Below, in pieces: positions 57,932 to 64,000 of a stretch of 64,000 nucleotides of DNA. A program made the position numbers and the translations under genes. This DNA is from Promethearchaeota archaeon (GTDB taxonomy: Archaea; Asgardarchaeota; Lokiarchaeia; Sigyniarchaeales; SOKP01), in assembly GCA_019058295.1 (NCBI GenBank), contig JAHPZI010000028.1:139715-203714 (forward strand). The letters run 5' to 3'. The notes beneath the pieces were generated by a model. The model was not told the DNA's origin and did not search any database. It was given only the letters and a program-made list of their open reading frames with translations. Position 1 is the first letter of the stretch; each line of letters starts with the position of its first letter.

Positions 57932-58975
57932 TCATTTAAATTTTTTACCTGTGGGTCTTCTCTTAGCAGTAGTTTTTCTCTTAGCAGTAGTTTTTCTCTT
58001 AGCAGTAGGTCTTCTCTTAGCAGTAGGTTTTTTTTTAGCGGGCGACTTTTTTTTAGGAATGGGCGTATCTCCTTCTTTTTCAAATAATTCAACTGCCTCA
58101 ACAATTCCTTTTTTGGCGTTGAAATAAACTCGTACTTTTTGATTGTCTAACTCTATCATACTCTCCTTGGGTAGTTTTTTAACATTTTCCCAGACAGTTT
58201 CCTGTATTTTTTTACCTAATACCTTAACACTTTTATTAACCGCACCATATAAGGTATGTCCAAAAATTAAATTTTGCCGTACGTAACCTTCAGGAACTTC
58301 ATTTTTAAGTATCTTATCTTTAATTTGATTAGTCAGCTCTTCTGATAACTCTTTTGATAATGTTGAAGCTTTCCTAGGTGGAGGGGCAACTGTGCGGTCT
58401 TGAACAATTTTAGGGCTTTTAGGTTTTGAAATAATATTTTCAGAAGGAGTAGCAATCGTTTTAGCCATCGGCTTTTGAATTTCTTTTGTTGATGGTATAG
58501 TGATTTTTTCTACCTTCTTCTCTACTTTAACAAATTTTGGCCTATCCTCAGGAATAATCCCCTTATCTATCATCTTTTCTCGATCAACGTTGCGGATGTA
58601 TCGCATATCAGCAAGTTTTTCTTCTACAGGCATCGATGTAAATCGAAATGCTTTTAAAAACTCCTCAACCTCGTCACCTTGATCTACGGAAACTATTTTG
58701 CATCGATGGAATGCTGCATTATTAATTAATTCTTGTTGAAGTTGACTTGCAACTCTACTACTAATAAATCGCCTTCGAACAGGCGATTTAGCCCCTTTCC
58801 AAATATATATTCTTCTTATAGCTTCTTTTACTATGACTGCGACTTGTTCTGGATGCAATACTTTACTTCCATTTTCTTCACAAAATTCATCCTCTGTTAT
58901 AGATAATCTTATCCTTTCCCCTGAATCATCAAGCTCAAAAACCATAAAGTTTCCGTAAGCTTCTGACATATTCAA
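57932..58975 (-). CDS. Single gelsolin-domain protein with C-terminal domain and basic repeat tail
   Basis: IYIWKGAKSPVRRRF...VDQGDEVEEFLKAF. Confidence 0.8.
   Translation of the reverse strand: MNMSEAYGNFMVFELDDSGERIRLSITEDEFCEENGSKVLHPEQVAVIVKEAIRRIYIWKGAKSPVRRRFISSRVASQLQQELINNAAFHRCKIVSVDQGDEVEEFLKAFRFTSMPVEEKLADMRYIRNVDREKMIDKGIIPEDRPKFVKVEKKVEKITIPSTKEIQKPMAKTIATPSENIISKPKSPKIVQDRTVAPPPRKASTLSKELSEELTNQIKDKILKNEVPEGYVRQNLIFGHTLYGAVNKSVKVLGKKIQETVWENVKKLPKESMIELDNQKVRVYFNAKKGIVEAVELFEKEGDTPIPKKKSPAKKKPTAKRRPTAKRKTTAKRKTTAKRRPTGKKFK
57955..58040. repeat. 18-nt coding tandem repeat (about 4-5 copies; AKR[RK][PT]T)
   Basis: tctcttagcagtag recurs every 18 nt. Confidence 0.85.
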
Positions 58976-59192
58976 ACGATTTTATTTTTTTCAATTCAAA
59001 ATAATTTCAATAAAAAAAAATATTATACACTCTTTTAAAGAATTTATAGATTAGGCATATAAAAATTTTAGTTGTTTACTCATTATTCGTGAATTATAAA
59101 ATAAAATAATGTTGGTAGATCTAATGATCGTGCTAATCCTTCATTTTATCGACAAATAAATGATATGCCCCAGATCGGTAATTCTGTTTTCT

Positions 59193-59900
59193 CTAATGGT
59201 CGTGCATCACGTTATCTATGCTGATTACGAAGCCAAGCAAGATACGCCTGTCAGTTTCTTTATCTAATATTTTGAGAGCGTATGTGTCTTTAAAATCAAA
59301 CATTCCACCGAGAAACACATCCCTCCAACGATCAGCTTTCTCTATTTCGGCAATAATTTTTCCGGTAGATAAATCCATTACTTTAAATGAGAAACCCATA
59401 AATTTACCTAATGCTTCATACCATCGATTACCATCGGGATCCTCTAAAAAGAATTTTGGCTTAAATAAGGATAATATTTTTTTCTTTATCTTAGCTATTA
59501 TATTCCCTTCAGAATCCATTAAAGTTTGGGCTCCTCGCGCAGTAATTATTTTCTCGTGTATTGCGGCTGACACAGTTCCATCTATTTCTCTGAGTTCTAT
59601 CTTTTTTCGGATGCTTAAAATTTTTCGGTGCATTTTACCAATGACTTGACCCTTATCATCTAAGATATCGCCTGAGCCCCAGTCCCAATATTTTTCCTTC
59701 AAAACATAATAGGTCCTATTGATATCGAATAAACCTCCAGGTCGGCTATAAGGCTTTTGCTGACTCTGAGTTGTTGGAATGCTCACAGTTTTTTCTGCTA
59801 TTTCAGTTTTCAATGGTATTTCAGCTCCACATTGTTCACAAAATTTTTGATTAGATTTTAAAATCTCAGCCCCACAATCTTTACATTTCAATTTTTTCAC
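59193..59900 (-). CDS. Zinc ribbon + LURP-one/scramblase (tubby C-like) protein
   Basis: CKDCG...CEQCG; YVLKEK...ILD..GQVIG...DTYALKI...ISID. Confidence 0.8.
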   Translation of the reverse strand: MKKLKCKDCGAEILKSNQKFCEQCGAEIPLKTEIAEKTVSIPTTQSQQKPYSRPGGLFDINRTYYVLKEKYWDWGSGDILDDKGQVIGKMHRKILSIRKKIELREIDGTVSAAIHEKIITARGAQTLMDSEGNIIAKIKKKILSLFKPKFFLEDPDGNRWYEALGKFMGFSFKVMDLSTGKIIAEIEKADRWRDVFLGGMFDFKDTYALKILDKETDRRILLGFVISIDNVMHDH

Positions 59901-59984
59901 TCCATAATTATTTTTTAATTAATTCTGTTTTAAATCACACATAGCAAAGACTCTTTTTAAATTTAAGCTAAAAAAGAGAAGAAA

Positions 59985-60016
59985 AAGATATATTAAGATA
60001 TATTAAGATATATTAA
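59985..60016. repeat. 3x 10-nt tandem repeat AAGATATATT in divergent promoter region
   Basis: Read directly from sequence. Confidence 0.8.
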
Positions 60017-60048
60017 TTAATTAAAAAAATAAAAATGATTTATGAATA

Positions 60049-60828
60049 ATGACAAGCATACCAAAACTTTTAAAATTAAAGGACTATATCACTCTAACTG
60101 GTACAACTCTGGGAATTATAGCCTTAATACTGGGATGTTTTGGAACGCGTTATTTTATTTCTTTTGGATTTTTTTTAATAACAGCTAGTTTAGGTACTGA
60201 TTTATTAGATGGTTATATTGCTCGAAAAACTGGTACCGTAAATAGATTTGGGATAGAATTAGATTCTCTCAGTGATTCCTTAACGTTTGGAATTGCACCA
60301 GCGGTTTTAATTTTTCAAGCTTTTAGGACTGGGGGAATATATGACTATGTCCTTATAATAGGATGTATATCTTTTGCTTTAGGTGCTATACTTAGACTGG
60401 CAAGATTTAACATTACAACTGAGGAACAATCTGGATATACCGGAGTTCCAACCCCGTTAAGCTGTTTAACGATAATAGTGTTTTTTTATGGAAATTATTT
60501 TTTATCATATGGTATAGGGGGTATTTCTCATCCTTTTCCAGAGATATCTTATTACTTAATTCCGATTATCATGATTTTTATCGGGTGGTTTAACATAACA
60601 ACACATATTAAGTTTGGGGAAAAAAGCAAACATATTTATATAGCAGTCATTATTCTATCTCCTGTTGCACCAATTATAGGAATCATAGGTCTAATGGATC
60701 CTAATTTTGGGATTTCTGTAGGACTTTCCATATTCTTTTTTGCATGTTTTCTTCTATTAATTTCTTATTTTGTAATTGGCTTTTTTATAAAACCTAAGCC
60801 TAAAAAGAAGGTTGATGATTCTTCTTAA
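60049..60828 (+). CDS. pssA: CDP-alcohol phosphatidyltransferase (archaetidylserine synthase-like)
   Basis: DLLDGYIAR...FGIELDSLSD...FGIAP, LRLARFN, GVPTP. Confidence 0.85.
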   Translation: MTSIPKLLKLKDYITLTGTTLGIIALILGCFGTRYFISFGFFLITASLGTDLLDGYIARKTGTVNRFGIELDSLSDSLTFGIAPAVLIFQAFRTGGIYDYVLIIGCISFALGAILRLARFNITTEEQSGYTGVPTPLSCLTIIVFFYGNYFLSYGIGGISHPFPEISYYLIPIIMIFIGWFNITTHIKFGEKSKHIYIAVIILSPVAPIIGIIGLMDPNFGISVGLSIFFFACFLLLISYFVIGFFIKPKPKKKVDDSS

Positions 60829-60876
60829 ATTGGTAATTTGAATTTTAAAAAAGGAAGGTAATGATTTAACAAATTT

Positions 60877-62676
60877 TTATACTAATCTTTTTTTAATTTC
60901 TTCAATTTCTTCAATTAATTCTGGAACATTCTGTTGGCTGCTAATTGATGCAGTTTGATCTTTATATTTATTAATTAAATCTTTAATTCGGAGTAGATGC
61001 ACAGAAGATCCTATTTTTTCTACAATCAGATCTGCGATCCTTTCTAGTGCTTTGCTAAAATCATCACCAGACATCGTTTCTAATCTTTTAATTACTAGGT
61101 TAAACGCAGTATTAATTTGTCTTCCTACATTATCCATTGATATAGTACTCTTTTGCGATGGTTCAATTTTCTTTGTCTTAATAGATTCAACTGGAGTCTT
61201 ATATGTGGAAGGAGCTGTTTCTTTTTTTTCAATTTGAGGCATTTTCTTGGGAGATGCTTTCATTTTTGGAGTGTGAACTTGTTTCGTATATGCATAAGTA
61301 TCACTACTCGCAGCATTCCAGGATGCCTCGATTATAGGAGAAAAAACATTTATTAAAGGCTTAAAATTACTTCCAATACCTATAATATTTTCTAATGGAT
61401 TTTTTGAATCCTCTTTGACTAACCCAACTATGATATAATCATTATCTCCTTTTAAAAAGACTCTATTCTCATTTTGTAAGTTCTTATATTCTACTTTCAT
61501 TTCTTTAAATTTCTTTACTAGACTATTTGTATGAGGATTTGAGGCACCCATTTTAATCTTAAGGTTCTTAGGAATATTTTGAAATTGTTCTATCTGTAGA
61601 AATTCCTCAATTTTTGGAATTATAAATATAATTTCGTTTTTAGAATTAGAAATTATATGTGTAATTTCTTCTGTTATTCTAGATTTGCTCTTAATTAACC
61701 AAAGGTTATTAATGCTAAGGTTTTTAGAAAAAACTTCGAATTGCTGTATTATATTCTCTATATGGTTGCTAAATCCCGAAACCGGTTTAAATAAATCCTG
61801 AATAATAGAATTTAACTTTTCTATGATAAGATTTTCCGTGTCTTTTAAATTATCGTCAAATTTGTTCTTTTTATTTAAGATCATTGTTTGAATTTTACTC
61901 ATTATTTTCTCAAAACTACTTATTACATTTAGATATAAAAGTTTGAAATCTTTAACGTATTGGAAACTTTCGTTAATTTTATTTTTAACTGGCTCAATGG
62001 TTATTTCTTCAAATAGCGCTTCAATTTCTTTAAATTGATTATTAATTAATTCTTCAACTTCTATCCTAGAATTTTCTAAACTCTCTTTCACAGCAGTTTT
62101 ATTTTTAATTTTTGGTAGATCGTCTAATAAATTTGCAAATTTTGGATGAAGTCCCCTAATTATCTTCTGAGACAGATCTGGTAATAAATCTTTTAATTCG
62201 GATAAATTATTTTTAATTTCGTTAAATCTCTCAAAATCTTCTATAATTTCTTCTACATCTTGTTTTTGAATCAATCCATCTTCCGAAACATCTTTACGTA
62301 TCTCTAGAAATTTATTAAGAAAGGAATCTAATTCAATAATTTCGCTCTCTCCAAAAATTTGATTTAATGAACTTTCCGTTGATTTTTGAATATTTTCTTG
62401 AAAATTAGAAGTCAAATTTAAATGAAAATTTAAAATGGGTTTAATTGGTGGGAGGGCTAAATATTGATTAAGAATTTCGGGCTTTTGAGGCGGAATTTGG
62501 ATTAATATTTTATGATTAATAAGCTCATCAATAAACTTTTTAACATCGTCGAAAGATAAATCAGGAATAATTGAAGATAATTCATTGTAAGTTAGAGGCG
62601 TTAGATGTTTTAAGCATTGTTCATAAATCTTAATAGCCTCGCTTGAAAGCTGTAGTTGTTTTAAAATTTCTTCCAT
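60877..62676 (-). CDS. TrmB-like HTH + helical/coiled-coil + TrmB-effector/PLD-like domain protein
   Basis: LQLSSEAIKIY...LTYNELS...YLALPP; IISNSKNEIIFIIP...KGDNDYIIVG. Confidence 0.6.
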   Translation of the reverse strand: MEEILKQLQLSSEAIKIYEQCLKHLTPLTYNELSSIIPDLSFDDVKKFIDELINHKILIQIPPQKPEILNQYLALPPIKPILNFHLNLTSNFQENIQKSTESSLNQIFGESEIIELDSFLNKFLEIRKDVSEDGLIQKQDVEEIIEDFERFNEIKNNLSELKDLLPDLSQKIIRGLHPKFANLLDDLPKIKNKTAVKESLENSRIEVEELINNQFKEIEALFEEITIEPVKNKINESFQYVKDFKLLYLNVISSFEKIMSKIQTMILNKKNKFDDNLKDTENLIIEKLNSIIQDLFKPVSGFSNHIENIIQQFEVFSKNLSINNLWLIKSKSRITEEITHIISNSKNEIIFIIPKIEEFLQIEQFQNIPKNLKIKMGASNPHTNSLVKKFKEMKVEYKNLQNENRVFLKGDNDYIIVGLVKEDSKNPLENIIGIGSNFKPLINVFSPIIEASWNAASSDTYAYTKQVHTPKMKASPKKMPQIEKKETAPSTYKTPVESIKTKKIEPSQKSTISMDNVGRQINTAFNLVIKRLETMSGDDFSKALERIADLIVEKIGSSVHLLRIKDLINKYKDQTASISSQQNVPELIEEIEEIKKRLV

Positions 62677-62845
62677 TTGATCTTCAATCTCTCTCTATAA
62701 CAATTTTACATATATCAAAAAGAATTTAATTTTTTTCTATTTAATTAAATATAAAATTAAATAAAAAGAGTAATATCTTTTTTATAGGTTTATTTTAAAT
62801 TGAATTATACTCTAATAAAAAACTAGAGACATAGTGAAAACGGAG

Positions 62846-64000
62846 ATGGCCTCGGAGGAATTCATATTATTTATCGATTTAGCCACAGATTACATTGATA
62901 AAAAATTTCTTATCAAAGAAATTAAATCGTTTATTGAAAATAAAAATAAGTATGGTAATGACTCATCATTTGGCATTGTCATATTTCAAGAAAATGAAAA
63001 TCCAATAACATTATATGATAGTAAAGAGATTGATTCAATCATTAAGATAATTGAAGAAAGCTGGGATACACGACCAAAAAGTCAAAGCTTTATAGAAAAT
63101 GGGCTTTTTGAAATATTATCTTATATTTTTAGAAAAAGCACAGATATTAATAGAATTTATCGAATCATAATTTTCTCAGACACTCCATCAAACCGTTCAG
63201 ATGAGTATCATCAAGCTGTTTATGATTTAATTATAAAATCAAAAAAATTTTCAACATTTATTGATATTATTCGTGTCGGAGAAGCCGAACACTACGATGA
63301 TGACGTTAAAATAAAAGTTATAACAAGCACAACTTTTGGAGGTACATTTTATTGTGATAAAAATTCATTCAATTATGTACTTAGCTCGTTGGTTAAGAGT
63401 AAACAAGAATTCAATATAATTCAAGTAGAAAAAGAAGAAATTTTAGAGGAAGATAAAAGTTTTTATGAAAGTTTGGCAGCAGATTTAATATCACTTGACT
63501 CGGAAGATGATAATGTTTGCTCAGTTTGTCAGTTCGAGATCTGCCCTATTTGTGGAAAAACATCTGATGAGATTCTTAAATGCTATAACTGTGGTGCGAA
63601 ATATCATGGTTGTTGTATAGCAGGCTATGCTATTTCCGATAATATAGGGTTTAAACATATTTTTCATTGTCCTCAATGTGAAAATTTACTAAAACTTGAT
63701 GAGGATTATGTTGATACATTCTATGAAAAAGATTTTAAAGATTTAGACCTACAAGAAATACCACCTATGGAAGAAGTTGAAGTAAACAATATTGTAGAAG
63801 AAGAATTAGTAGAAGAAGCAATAGAATATGAAGAATACTCTGAAATAGAACAGCCACCTCCAATTGACCTATTTGAAGTACCTGAACAAGAACTAAATGA
63901 ATTTTTTGAAGCACCTGAACAAGAACTAAATGAATTTTTTGAAGCACCTGAACAGGAACCATTTGAAGTATTTGAAGTACCTGAACAGGAACCATTTGAA
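62846..64000 (+). CDS. VWA domain + C4HC3 (PHD/RING-variant-like) zinc finger protein with acidic repeats; runs off the window (absent from ORF track)
   Basis: Manual translation: MASEEFILFIDLA...FGIVIF...IIIFSD...IDIIRVG...TFGGTFY...CSVC-CPIC-CYNC-HGCC-CPQC, with no stop before 64000. In-frame GTG at 62834 is an alternative start. Confidence 0.8.
   Translation, partial: MASEEFILFIDLATDYIDKKFLIKEIKSFIENKNKYGNDSSFGIVIFQENENPITLYDSKEIDSIIKIIEESWDTRPKSQSFIENGLFEILSYIFRKSTDINRIYRIIIFSDTPSNRSDEYHQAVYDLIIKSKKFSTFIDIIRVGEAEHYDDDVKIKVITSTTFGGTFYCDKNSFNYVLSSLVKSKQEFNIIQVEKEEILEEDKSFYESLAADLISLDSEDDNVCSVCQFEICPICGKTSDEILKCYNCGAKYHGCCIAGYAISDNIGFKHIFHCPQCENLLKLDEDYVDTFYEKDFKDLDLQEIPPMEEVEVNNIVEEELVEEAIEYEEYSEIEQPPPIDLFEVPEQELNEFFEAPEQELNEFFEAPEQEPFEVFEVPEQEPFE
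63872..64000 (+). repeat. 33-nt coding tandem repeat (FE[VA]PEQE....), at least four copies
   Basis: cctgaaca at 63881, 63914, 63947 and 63980. Confidence 0.88.

Noticed and set aside
57554-58127. Short repetitive ORFs at 57554, 57882 and 57886
   Set aside because: They are alternative-frame or antisense readings of the low-complexity tails of the HEAT and gelsolin genes.
2393-61356. Numerous 60-150 aa ORFs nested in or antisense to long genes (e.g. 2393, 3302, 6110, 22725, 41387, 42158, 59218)
   Set aside because: They overlap well-supported genes, lack motifs, and show the F/S/I/L-rich composition expected from antisense reading of AT-rich genes.
63765-63995. Minus-strand 76-aa repetitive ORF, or a CRISPR-like array
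   Set aside because: It is the antisense shadow of the 33-nt coding repeat in the plus-strand VWA gene, and the repeats have no unique spacers.

Overview
This is a very AT-rich, gene-dense archaeal window. Its gene content points to an Asgard archaeon of the Lokiarchaeia type, inferred from a ubiquitin-like/E1/E2/JAB cluster, longin-domain proteins, a small GTPase, a gelsolin-domain protein, many zinc ribbons, HdrABC/MvhD and DUF39-CBS homocysteine synthesis. I found no rRNA, tRNA, CRISPR array or transposase. Main observations: (1) a free-standing double-motif LAGLIDADG endonuclease that appears to have inserted into the conserved DLHGP motif of an MBL-fold hydrolase gene, carrying a replacement 3' end and leaving the old 3' end stranded downstream; (2) an adjacent pair of one catalytically intact and one catalytically dead MPN/JAMM protein with long helical tails, reminiscent of Rpn11/Rpn8 or CSN5/CSN6, plus a third MPN gene; (3) a ubiquitin-like conjugation locus (Ubl ending GG-F, E2 with a SIM-like tail, E1, JAB) coupled to a longin-GTPase and next to a RING-like coiled-coil protein; (4) three tandem membrane-anchored hexapeptide-repeat paralogs resembling a split poly-amino-acid synthetase/NRPS terminal domain; (5) a copper regulon with a 40-bp promoter motif present twice; (6) several genes that seem to start at ATA/ATT codons. 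All family calls come from reading motifs by eye; no database search was run.
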